This document shows positions 52,142-64,000 of a DNA stretch of 64,000 nucleotides, piece after piece; within the stretch, counting starts at the first letter, position 1, and every line of letters starts with the position of its first letter. The notes below the pieces were generated by a model. It had not been told where the DNA came from, did no database searches, and saw nothing but the letters and a program-made list of their open reading frames with translations. This stretch comes from Eledone cirrhosa. Lineage: Eukaryota. Location of the stretch: assembly GCA_964016885.1 (NCBI GenBank), contig OZ024742.1, positions 84,382,001-84,446,000 of the forward strand, given 5' to 3'. Both the position numbers and the translations under genes were made by a program.

Positions 52142-55100
52142 CACACAATCTCAAAACAAGCCCGCTGCAACAGTCAAAACCAGCCACCCCACTAGCCTCC
52201 ATATTTTTACTCAATACACAAGGTATCAGCCCATCCATCAATGCACAGAAATGGAAGATCCAATTTATTGAGGATTGGGTTGGTAAGCATCCCTTTCACA
52301 TCCCCTTCTTCATTCTTACTGAGACCCACCTTGACAACTCCCACTTGGAGGCTAAAGTAAGAGTAAGGAATTTCACAACCATACGTGAAGATCGTTTTGG
52401 CAGAAGGAAGAGTGGAACTGCCATTTTCCTGCATGATTCCTTTACGGCAGATGGTAACACAACATTCTCCAATGGCTACTGTGAATCAGTCACTGTGCAC
52501 AATAAAGCCAATGACCTGACATTAGTTGGGCTGTATAGGCCACACCAAACACCCATAATCTGCTTCAAAGAATGCATCAACAGTATTAAATGCTTTATTA
52601 AACAGTGCCATTCTAGCAACATACCTTTGATGGGAGACTTTAATATACCTTGTGTCGATTGGTCTACATGTAGTTTGAAACCAGGCCCCCCAACCTCCAG
52701 CACTGACAAAGAGGCTGTCGAGTCACTTCTTGACGTCATGAATAAGTTTTTCTTGTCCCAACTTGCCCTTGCACCAACACGGCATCAGAACATTCTGGAT
52801 CTAGAATTTAGTAACCACACTAACATGATCCATAATATTACAGTGGAAAAAACCCTTCTCTCAGACCATGACATGGTTCTTTGTAACCTGAGATTCCATC
52901 AGCCGAAAGCTAATCCCAGGGTCCTCTTTCCAGCCCACCCATTTGATAACATGGATCTCTACAATGCCAACTGGGATGCAATTATGAACGAACTATCACA
53001 TGTTGAATGGTCTTTTACTCACGCACACATTTCCACCAACATCAAAACATCTTGGCAGATCTTTGTAGACACTGTCACAAATATATATACAAAACACTCC
53101 CACCAAAACCTGTGAACAAAACCAAGTGCAGTATCCCCCAAAACAGAAAAACAATTATCAGAAAAATAAAAAGAACAAACAAAAAAATTAACACACTAAA
53201 ATATGCCAACAGCAACACACACATTCGATGTCTATCGCCCTGCTTGAATAAAAAAAATATAACCTCCAGCAATGCATGATGACCATCATCAATAATCAGA
53301 GAATAGCTGAAGAGAGGTGGACCATTGAGAAAACCAAACACAACCCCAAAGTGTTATTTTCATTTGCTAAATAACACAAGGTCACCGTCTCCACTGTTGG
53401 CTCTCTAGTTGATGAAAATGGCACACTCCAAGACAATGCCAAAACCATGGGCGAGATACTGCAGAAACAATACTGCTCTGTTTTCAGCAATCGTGATATG
53501 ACCGATCTGGGCTGTATCAGTGATGTTAATCCCCAACACACTATATCAGACATAAAGTTTGGGGTCCCTGATGTCTGAGCGGCAATAAACGAAATTAAAC
53601 TCAATTCAGCAGTAGGCCCCTTCAGGTTCCCTGCTTGTGTCCTGAAGGTGTGTCGACACCAACTTGCATCTCCTCTTGCTAATCTGTGGAGGAACTCAAT
53701 GGACACTAGCTATATTCCTGAAAACTTTTTGTTCCAGTTCGTTATCCCAGTCTTCAAAACGTGAAATAAGTCCCTTTCTGTGAACTACCCTCCGATCTCA
53801 CTCACCTCTCATATTATCATGGTATTTGAGAGGGTGGTGAGATGACGAATAGCTCACTTTCTTGAAAGCAACGGCCTGCTGAACTCCAACCAACATGGGT
53901 TCCGTAATGGAAGGGACTGGCTAACGCAGCTCCTGCATCACATTGACGATGTTTTGAGAGCCTTGGGAGAGGGCTCCAACACTGATGTCATCTACCTTGA
54001 TTTCAGCGAGGCCTTTCACAGAGTTGATCATAAGATTCTACTGAAAAAGCTATCCAATGTTGGTTCATCTGGAAGGTTACTACAGTGGATCAAATGTTTC
54101 CTGACAGATAGAACCCAGCATGGTGTAGTCGAAGGAGTAAAATCAAGCCCTGCCAAAGAGTCAGCAGTGATGTCCCACAAGGCACTCTGTTGGGCCCACT
54201 TCTTTTCATCATCTACATTAATGACGTTACTGACATTATCAAGCACAGCAACATAAGAATCTTCGCAGATGATACCAAGCTCCAAAGGGTCATCAATGAG
54301 GTGGGTGACCGAACATGCCTTCAGTCAGACATACTGGCTGTTATCCAATGGGCAGAAAAGAATAATATGCTGTTGAATGAGGATAAGTTTGAATTAATCC
54401 ACTTTGGAAAAAATGATTCCCTGAAACTACCATAATCTCTTCTTTCGGGTGAAACTATAGCGGCATCCAATAATATCAGAGACCTGGGAGTAATTGTGGA
54501 CAACAACATAATCTGGGCCACTCATATAAACAGCAAAGTTGACATGGCCCGCAGAATGTGTTCCTGGATTCTCAGAACTTTCCAGTCGAGAGATATCCAC
54601 ACTGTTATCCTTCTCTTCTCCACTTTTGCCCGACCCCACCTTGAATACTTTTATCCACTGTGGTCTTCCCGCACGAAACAAAGTATCACGAAAGTTCAAG
54701 CACCCCAAAGGTCAATTACAAAAAGATAGATGGCATTACAGGCCTTGACTATTGGAGTCGATTAGAAATGCTCAACCTTTATTCTCTCCAACGTCGCCGT
54801 GAGCGCTACATTATCTGCATGATGTGGAAAATATTCCATCAGCTTTGCCCAAATGATGTTGGCATGACCTTTAATGTGCACCCAAGGCTTGGGCCCCGTG
54901 TTAGCCACCCACGACAAAAATCTCACTCGCATCACATAACAACAATACGGCACAATAATTTCACCTCAATTGGCCCTGCTCCTTTTAACATTACACCAAA
55001 ACACATCAAAGCAGAAACAGACCCCATCAAGTTCAAGAAGTCTTTGGATAAATTCCTTCAAGAAATCCCGGATAAGCATCCTGCACCCGGATATGCCTCC

Positions 55101-55148
55101 GTAAACAATAACTCTCTGCTCGAGTGGGCCATAGTGCCCAAACATTGA
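52129..55148 (+). pseudogene. LINE ORF2: APE endonuclease + RT, frameshifted
   Basis: LLNTQG, LTETH, LYRP, MGDFN, PTR..NILDL, LSDH; YLDFSEAF, GPLLFIIYIND, IFADDTKL, RPHLEY, LYSLQRRRER. Confidence 0.9.
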
Positions 55149-55229
55149 TTTGTAAGACTTCGCCAGGTGGCGTTATTAAGTTAGATATGGCCTGGGTGAA
55201 TACTGGCCGAAAATTATCAAAGTTATCAA

Positions 55230-55317
<88 letters not shown>

Positions 55318-55479
55318 TGTATGGCAATAATAATAAATTTGAAGACTAAAATCCAAAGAGGGCTCGATAAGGATAAATATATATCACATATATATAAGAA
55401 GCGTAGAGCAAATATCGATCCCGTTAAGGGTGAAAGCAGCGATTCTTTACTTAAACTTTAAACTGTTATTTTAATAAAT

Positions 55480-55511
55480 ATATATATGTATATACACACA
55501 CACATACACAC

Positions 55512-55589
<78 letters not shown>

Positions 55590-55626
55590 ACACACACACA
55601 TACACACCCACACACACACACACACG

Positions 55627-55693
<67 letters not shown>

Positions 55694-55726
55694 TTGTATG
55701 TATATTTATATGTATATATATATGTG

Positions 55727-55784
<58 letters not shown>

Positions 55785-55923
55785 AATATATGTGTGTGTA
55801 TATATACATATATACACACACATATATATACATATATATATGTATATATACATATATATGTGTATATATACATATATACACACACATATATATATATACA
55901 TATATATATATGTAAATATATTC

Positions 55924-55954
<31 letters not shown>

Positions 55955-55960
55955 TATACA

Positions 55961-56044
<84 letters not shown>

Positions 56045-56097
56045 ATATATATGTATATATATTCATATATATATATATGTATATATATACACATATA

Positions 56098-56175
<78 letters not shown>

Positions 56176-56187
56176 TATATATATATA
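55480..56187. repeat. Compound (CA)n/(TA)n microsatellite block
   Basis: Direct reading. Confidence 0.95.
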
Positions 56188-56189
56188 AC

Positions 56190-58290
56190 CAAATGTTAAC
56201 CAAGGGTCATTGATTATTCAATGAATATAATTTTACAATAGATTAAAAGCACTCAATAGTAAAGTTTTCTGGAGTTATTTATATTATTCAAAATATTAAT
56301 AAATGGATACAATCACATAATCAAAATATATGTTTTATTAGATATATTTCGGAGGTACTGTGCTGTTTTTCAGTACGTCCTCATCAGATAAAATACATAA
56401 ATTGAAGTATGACATACCTCAACTATGCTGATGGTTCAAATCCAGTCTTGGTAGTGATTTATTACAACAAAACCTAATATGTACCACAAGTAAAAGTGTG
56501 ACAAACTAAATAAGAAGCGAGATATAAGTATTAGGAGTGGGTGAGTAGGAGAAAATATATAAAAAAAAAAAAATAAAATAAATAAACACATAAGTATATA
56601 AATGTTAAATATTTAAATATGTAAATATCCGTGTTACAGAAAAAGAGTAAAGAGAGAGTGCTATGTAGAAGAGAAAAGTGAAAAAGATAAAAAGATGAAG
56701 ATAAAAACAAGGGAGATGGAGATAGAGATGATAGATTATATAACTGCATATGGAAACGAGATAAAAAAGAGATAAAAAAGAAAGAAAGAAAGAAGAAAGG
56801 GACATGATGCGTGACCGTTTTTTTAAAAAATATTAAGTCAGGTAGAAGTGATCAATTAAATACCGTGAAATTCTAATCTATTGTATTTGGTTATATTTGA
56901 GCAAATTATACTATTATATTATATCCAAATTAAACAATACAAAATATTTTTCAATGAGAATCAGGAGCATAGTTAAATTAATAATTATATTCAAAATTTA
57001 GTTACAAAATTCAAAGTCTAAAACATTAAGTACCAATGATGTTTATAAATATTTATAAATATAGTAAATAAGTATGAGAGTATTTATCATAACTTAATTG
57101 CATATCAGCATCTGTATATGTATTTTATATAATGTTTAGAATTATAAATAGTATAAACAATACTATTTAAGTCAATAGTTGTCAATTACATATAGGATTA
57201 ATTATTAGTTATATTTACTCTTGAAAGTATTATTATTTCGATTCAACCAAATCTTATTGTATTCAATACTATAGGTCAAGTTAAATACAGATTATTAATC
57301 AATTTGGATAAAATGAAAAATTATACACGATAAATGTAAACAAAAGCTCCGTGCAACATATCTAAACGTTTAAATTAACTAAGTATTTCAGATCTCAAAT
57401 ATAGAAATTTCAAGACATAACATGAGGATTTAAAAACCAAACTAAAGATATTTTGTCAATCAAGAGATTAACTTTCTATATAAATAACTGATATGCATTT
57501 CCTAAGGTGAGGTAAAACATTTTACATAATACTAATAAAAACAAGAATTTTTAATAAAATTCAATATCTTTTCTCACTCAGTCAATGTTTTTTCCTAAAT
57601 TTATATGATGCTTGAAATGTTTTTGTAGATTTATGGAGGCAATTTGAAAATAACTCACTTTTTTATTAATTAAATTACCATAATTAGCAATTATTAATAG
57701 AGTCTCAAAATTGCAAAGATTGCATTTTGGTGAAATGGAATGGGTCCGATAGGATTCTGAGTTTCTAAGCTTAACCCAAGAAATTGAGAATTTCATATTT
57801 TTCTCTTTTAAGGACCATATTAATTGTGATAATGAAGTAGAACATTTTTTATCTGGATCAGAAAAAGAATGTTTATGATTGGAAAATCGAAGTTTAAAGT
57901 TCGATGAAGTTGCACCTATGTAATATTATTATTTGCACCTATAAGTAATATTAATATTTGTTTTAATGGTACATTTATATACTAAATTCTTATCAAGGCA
58001 GTTATTTTGTAAAGGGTATTCGGATTTCCTTCTACAGTTACATCTCAATTTCATGCTATTTCTATAATTTAAACTGTTCATATTATCATTGTTAATATTT
58101 GTAGGTGTTCTACAATATGTGTTTAAATTATTGTTATTGTTATTCTCAATAACTATTGTATTATTATTATTAGTATTGTTATTATCGCTAATTATATATT
58201 GGTTTGAATTAAGAATTCTGCTATTAATTTTTGCAATATTTTGAGCCATATTCATGGTTATTGAGTACGAAAGTTTAACTGTTTTTCTCC
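56190..58290 (-). mobile_element. Penelope-like element D, 3' fragment (GIY-YIG + long 3' UTR + hammerhead)
   Basis: KTVKLSYSITMNMAQ...CNCRRK..YPLQNNC..LVYKC, YIGATS..FK.RF..H, KCNLCNFE. Confidence 0.85.
56331..56395 (-). ncRNA. Type I hammerhead ribozyme
   Basis: TTTTAT-CTGATGA-GGA c GTACTG..CAGTAC c TCC-GAAAT ATAT CTA-ATAAAA; 15.2/16.2 mismatch. Confidence 0.72.
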
Positions 58291-58424
58291 ATTATCTCCC
58301 CTTATATTTAAACCTTTTCCTATGTCACTTTTTTATTCCATATCCTCCTACTTTCTACCTTACCCTTTACATACCCACCTTTTTTATTTTTAGATATTTA
58401 TTTCTGTGTGTGTATGTGTGTTGC

Positions 58425-58476
<52 letters not shown>

Positions 58477-58549
58477 ATATATAATTATATATATCTGTAT
58501 GTATATGTATGTGTATATATAATTGTATTTTATATGCATCTGTTGTATT

Positions 58550-58608
<59 letters not shown>

Positions 58609-58776
58609 TTATATTTGTGTGTTTGTATTTTTATTAAGGTGGTGACGTAACTTTTTGTAGATATGTGTGGGTGTGTGCATATGTGTATTTTTATATAATT
58701 GTTTATGTGTGTATATATATAATAGCGTCAGAAACGGCTTGAGCTCTGCCGTCGGGGTCATAATTTTTCCTATATG
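58282..58776 (+). repeat. Direct duplicate of 62238-62400 + 63716-64000
   Basis: tttttctcc.ttatctcccct...ttttagatatttatttctgtgtg, microsatellites and gaaacggcttgagctctgccgtcggggtcata are shared. The second copy is split by the RTE insertion. Confidence 0.85.
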
Positions 58777-58832
58777 TATATATATATGTATATCAATGTA
58801 TATGTATGTATATATGTGTGTATTTGTATGGT

Positions 58833-58939
<107 letters not shown>

Positions 58940-59186
58940 GTATATATGTATGTGTATGTATATGCATAATTACATACAGTGATTTAATGGTTATTTTCAT
59001 TGATCATTTGCTCCAGGAATTTGTTGAGTGCTCTCAATCAGCTATAAATATTTATACCCTTTTCTAATTATTTATTTATTTATTATTTGTCGTATTCCCA
59101 ACTATTTGTTTACCCCTTTCACCTTTTAATTTTTATATATATATAATATTTATGTATTTTCTTATATATATGTGTGTGTGTATATG

Positions 59187-59227
<41 letters not shown>

Positions 59228-59297
59228 TATGAAGAGAGAAGAAGCATTTAGATATAATTAGTAATAAAATGTATCATACCTAAACTGCTCCTAGATT

Positions 59298-59385
59298 CCT
59301 CGACTACGTAGTTTCGTGGCATAAACAAAAACAATACATCATAAAGTTATAGAGTCCCTGCGAGGTCTGCCGACTTATCAAGAGG
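59298..59385 (-). ncRNA. Type I hammerhead ribozyme, U3:A8 variant, long loop II
   Basis: CCTC-TTGATAA-GT(C)GGCA..~46 nt..TGCCAC-GAAACT ACGT AGTC-GAGG; palindromic loop III, GUC site. Confidence 0.78.
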
Positions 59386-59737
59386 ATACCTCATTTTACT
59401 AGTCTCAAGAACGCGTCTACACGACGTGAGAAAGAATCCCAAAAGGCGGAGGGGGAGATAGTCACGCGATATAACGGTCGCGAAACAGAGCTAAGCCTCT
59501 TATAACCCCGAAGAAAATACCACAGAGGCGGAGGGGGTATTTATATCGAAGCCGTAGAAGAGGTGGTGAAGGGGGAGAGAATTATGAGTAATGGCAGCTT
59601 TCCAGCAGTCACCACACTTCAGAGATTACTCAACCAGAGGGAGTTATTAACAATATATTTAGAAACACACAGATACATGCGGACACAGATTATATTTTTG
59701 TTTTTAAAATCCAATGTCAATAAATACACCAGGATTT

Positions 59738-59798
59738 TTTCATTCTGATGATTGAATGCAAAATTTGTTTGCTTTCAAGAAACCACTGGTAAATGAAA
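59738..59798 (+). ncRNA. Canonical type I hammerhead ribozyme upstream of Penelope E ORF
   Basis: TTTCATT-CTGATGA-TTGAA t GCAAA atttg TTTGC t TTCAA-GAAACC act GGTA-AATGAAA; GUA site at 59791. Confidence 0.88.
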
Positions 59799-60011
59799 TA
59801 ATTGCCTTATGTTGTTTATTACATAACTATTAAGCTCTGTAACCTACATACAGCACTCTTTTTTCCTGGACCTTTCCGACGGAATTACTTCATTTATACA
59901 GCTCCAACCATGATTGATTGAAGCATATTTTATATTACATATATGATTGGCACTTTCCAGCCCGATTAGTTGAGCACTCTACAGTTTTCAGGAATTTAAC
60001 CAACATACACC

Positions 60012-62144
60012 ATGGACCTTTATGAATTGGATTATACAATCAAAAATATACCCACTCCTTCCAACACAACTTATACCAAACTGCTTATAGATAAAATTGA
60101 ACAAGTCGTTAAAAGAATGAGATGGAAGGCAATGGTTTACGATGGACTATTCAGTGCTGATACTAATGATTGTTTTGACATAAAATCCCGTAAATACCCA
60201 CCTAGAATTAAAGACATGGCCAACTTCGAAATAGACCTTGTTAATTTAGTTAGTGATAACAAATTTCGTAAGTACAATAATAATTTTCAAACTAAACTGT
60301 CTAACGATATTTCTAATTTTAAAAATTCTACAAACACTTTTGTTCTTTCCGATAAAACTAAAAATCTCTTTGAAGTGAATAGTATTTTGTATAACCAACT
60401 TGTAACTAATAAGATCACCAACAAATATCAATTAACTAATAATAACATCTACAATACTATTAATAAAGAAGTTAAAGAACTAGCTAGTTCTTTAAAAATA
60501 GACAACCGGATTGAAAGCCTAGCTAAACTTAAAGAATATATTACCCTTAAAGACCATAAATTAGACTTTACTAATCGACCTAGTTGTAGACTGATTAACC
60601 CGGCTAAATCCGAAGTTGGCCTTGCAAGTAAAAAAATCTTAAGAAAAATAATTCTCCAAATTAGAACTAAGACTGACTTATCACAATGGTTAAATACATC
60701 CTCTATTATTTCTTGGTTTAATAATATACAAGGTAAAAATAAGTGTAGATTTACTCAATTTGATATTGTTGATTTTTAACCCTCTACTACCGTTTCCTTA
60801 TTAATCAAAGCCTTAGATTGTGCAAGACCCTTCATTAATATTTCTAAATTAGAAGAAGACATTATCTTTCATGCTAGAAAAACTCTACTCTTTACTAATG
60901 AAAATATTTGGGTTAAAAAGTCAAACCCTGAAAATTCTTTTGATGTTGCAATGGGTTCATATGACAGTGCGGATGTGTGTGACTTAGTAGGATTATTCCT
61001 TCTCCACACCCTCAAAGAGAAATTTCCTTCCCATAATATCGGTTTATACCGTGACGACGGATTGGCATTCTCATACCACCAAACGGCCATAACCTTGATA
61101 AATTCCGTAAAGATTTAATCAATACTTTTGCTAATCTTAACCTTAAAATTACTATAGATACGAACCTTACCAATGCTAACTTCTTGACATTAATCTTGAT
61201 CTACTTACTGCCTATTTTAAACCTTATCATAAACCTAACGAAAATCTTAGATATATACACAAAGAGTCTTGTCATCCCCCAATAGTTTTTAAAAATCTTA
61301 TTCCCAACATTAGCCGTAGGATTTCCACCTTATCTTCATCTCTAGACATTTTTAATAAAGCCATCCCTTATTATAATAAAGCCCTTAATAACAGCGGATT
61401 TACAGAACACATTAATTATTTACCTACTCCACCCCCTAAAACTAACCACAATAATAGGAAAAGGAAAAATTATTTGGTTTACACCCCCCCCCCCCCTTCT
61501 CTCTAACTGTCAAAACTAATGTAGGAAGGAAATTCCTTGACCTCTTAGACAAACATTTTCCTCCTAATCATAGATATTATAAGATATTTAATAGAAATGT
61601 AGTTAAAATCAGTTACTCTTGCTGCCCATCAATGAAGTCTAAAATCACTAATTCTAATCGTACGAGAATAAATCCAGGATGCTGTTGCAGGAAGCCGGAT
61701 GAATGCCCATTACAGGGCAAATGCAACACCAAATCCGTTGTATATGAGGCCAAAGTGACACCTTTAATTAACAACCAGCCAGCCAGCCAGGAGTGAACGA
61801 TATGTTGGCATGACTCAGGACAGGTTTAAACCAGGTTTTATGCACATGTCGCCTCTTTTAAAAACTCCGATAAAAGAACAGCAACGGCTCTCGCAAATAA
61901 GGTGTGGGAATTTAAGGATAAAAACATCCTGTACTCTATCGATTGGTCTATTTTGGACCATTCGAGGGAGTACCAAAGGGGTAAAAAGAATTGTTCTTTG
62001 TGTACCACTGAAAAATTTAGGATTTTACAAAACTTGAAAGCCACTTAAACTTGCCTGAACTCCAAGACCTAGATCTTCAGATGTTGTCCTCACCTGAAAT
62101 CACATCTGATCTGTAACTGGATTGACATTCCTACGATGACTTAA
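60012..62144 (+). pseudogene. Penelope-like RT + GIY-YIG, interrupted
   Basis: YTIKNIPTPS, VKRMRWKA, ITLKDHK, CRLINPAKSEVG, QFDIVDF, MGSYDSADVCDLVG, LYRDDGL, GCCCRKPDECPLQGKC, VVYEA, YVGMT, CSLC. Confidence 0.9.
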
Positions 62145-62400
62145 CAACCTTGAGCTCCTTCTCTGCTCTCTACGCCTTACAACATCCACTACGGTTTTTT
62201 TAACCTTCTGAACTCACTTTCTGTACTCTTATATTCTTTTTCTCCCTTATCTCCCCTAAATATTTAAACCTTTTCCTATGTCACTTTTTTTCCATATTCC
62301 CCCCTACTTTCTACCTTACCCTTTACATACACACCTTTTTTATTTTTAGATATTTATTTCTGTGTGTGTATGTTGCGTATATGTGTATATATATATATAT

Positions 62401-63715
62401 CTAAGGCGGGTAAAATTCCCGAGATCCATGGACGAGTTCTCTCCAGCGGTCTCTGTCCCTCTTTATCGCTGCCATATCCTGCATCTCCAACAGACCAGTG
62501 TCTGTCCTTAGGGCATCAACATATGTTAACCTTGGTCTTCCTCTTCTAGTGTGTCCATGTAGGGGCTCCCAAAGGAGCACTGAGTTCAATGTCAACTCTG
62601 GATGTCGGTGAGCATGTCCAGCCAACCTCAGTCTCCTCTGTGTCACTTTTGAGCTGACTTTTGGGATGCTCCCATACAGCTCTGAGTTTTTCATCCACAG
62701 TGTATACTGATTAATGTTCAGAGCCATCCTCAGCATTCTCGTGTAGCACCCATCCACCATCTCAGTGAGTCTCTTGGTCAGTGTCCAAGTCTCAGACCCA
62801 TACAGCAGCACAGACTCCACTACAGCAATGAAGAGGCGGATTTTCAGGTCTCTACGAAGGTCTGACTTCCACACCGATCTCAAGCTGTGACACGCCGCCC
62901 AGGCATTGCTCTTCCTCTCAACCACATCATCTTCCCTATTCCCAATCTTTGCTCCCAAATACAGGAAGTCCTCAACCAATTCCAGCGGCTTCCCGCCTAC
63001 ATTAGTGATCCCCTCTGGCTTCTCAACATTCTCTACCAGATATTTTGTTTTAGTCTCATTCATTCTCAGCCCCACACTCATCGACACAGTCTCAACCTCC
63101 CGCATCAAATCCTCTGCCTCCTTCACTGTATTTGTCACCAAAACTATGTCGTCGGCAAATTCAGCATCCGATACCTTTTTCGCCCCAACTCTCCTGCTCT
63201 GAGCCGGTGCTACAGTAAAGCCAGTGTCCTGGTGTTTCTCCAGTGCAAGGCGCATACAATAGTCCACTACGATGATAAAAAGGTAGGGAGCCAATGTATC
63301 TCCCTGGAGCACTCCAGCCAGTATCTCAAAGAACTCTGTCATCCCATCAGGTGTAATGACTTGGGCTTTGGTGTTGGTGTAGAGCAGTGATATCAGGTCC
63401 ACTATCCTCTTGGGGATTCCATAAGCCTGTAAGATCTTCATCAGGCAGTAACGGTCCACAGAATCAAAGGCCTTCCTAAAGTCAATGAAAACCATGACCG
63501 CAGGAAGGCACTTTGCTCTAGCTCCCTCTAATATCCTCCTCAGCATCAGGATGTGACTGGTGGTTGATCTACCCTCTCTGAAGCCGTTCTGGTTGTCCCT
63601 GAGCTTCTTCTCCATCTCAGGCTGGATCCTGTTAAGAATCATCCTGTTGAGGGTCTTTGCCACAAGTGACGTCAGTGAGATCCCCCGGTAGTTATTGGTG
63701 TTAGAGAGATCTCCC
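62401..63715 (-). mobile_element. RTE-clade LINE, 5'-truncated, open RT frame, inserted in (TA)n
   Basis: NYRGISLTS, QNGFR, FIDFRKAFD, GVLQGDTLAPYLF, FADD, FLYLG, VLLYGSETW, RGRP. The stop codon is followed directly by (AT)n. Confidence 0.92.
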
Positions 63716-63817
63716 TATATATATATATATGTATATGTATGCGTATATATAATTATATATGTCTGTATGTATATGTATGTGTGTATATAATTGTATTTTA
63801 TATGCTTCTGTTGTATT

Positions 63818-63894
<77 letters not shown>

Positions 63895-64000
63895 TTATAT
63901 TTGTGTGTATGTATTTTTATATAATTGTTTATGTGTGTGTATATATAATAGCCTCAGAAACGGCTTGAGCTCTGCCGTCGGGGTCATACTTTTCCTATAT

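Larger units (their letters stand above)
50530..55231 (+). mobile_element. CR1/Jockey-group LINE, near full length, degenerate
   Basis: 5' UTR with ~118-bp tandem repeat (50574/50692), ORF1 and ORF2; 3' end TTATCAAAG x2 followed by (TA)n. Confidence 0.9.
59720..62400 (+). mobile_element. Penelope-like element E (Naiad-like), near full length
   Basis: 5' hammerhead, full-length degenerate ORF and pyrimidine-rich 3' UTR. Confidence 0.88.

Overview
This is a repeat-saturated eukaryotic (animal) window with no convincing host gene. The SINE type and extreme (TA)n/(CA)n load suggest a cephalopod or other mollusc (inference only). It contains the 5' part of an autonomous Helitron (1-1891, minus), two head-to-tail Tx1/L1-like LINEs (19.3-27.1 kb), a near full-length CR1-group LINE with an unusual Myb/SANT-like + 2xCCCH ORF1 (50.5-55.2 kb), CRE-, RTE- and CR1-type fragments, tRNA-derived SINEs and MITE/foldback elements. 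It also holds five distinct Penelope-like elements (YRDD RT plus C-terminal GIY-YIG, Naiad-like), with direct or long inverted pseudo-LTRs, embedded in microsatellites. The most striking hidden signals are two. First, about 13 type I hammerhead ribozyme motifs read by eye, several with a U3:A8 core covariation and large loop II insertions. Second, one Penelope copy has both Cys codons of the conserved CxC motif as in-frame TGA, and a SECIS-like hairpin at its stop, making it a candidate selenoprotein-encoding retroelement. All calls come from manual reading; no searches or folding programs were run.
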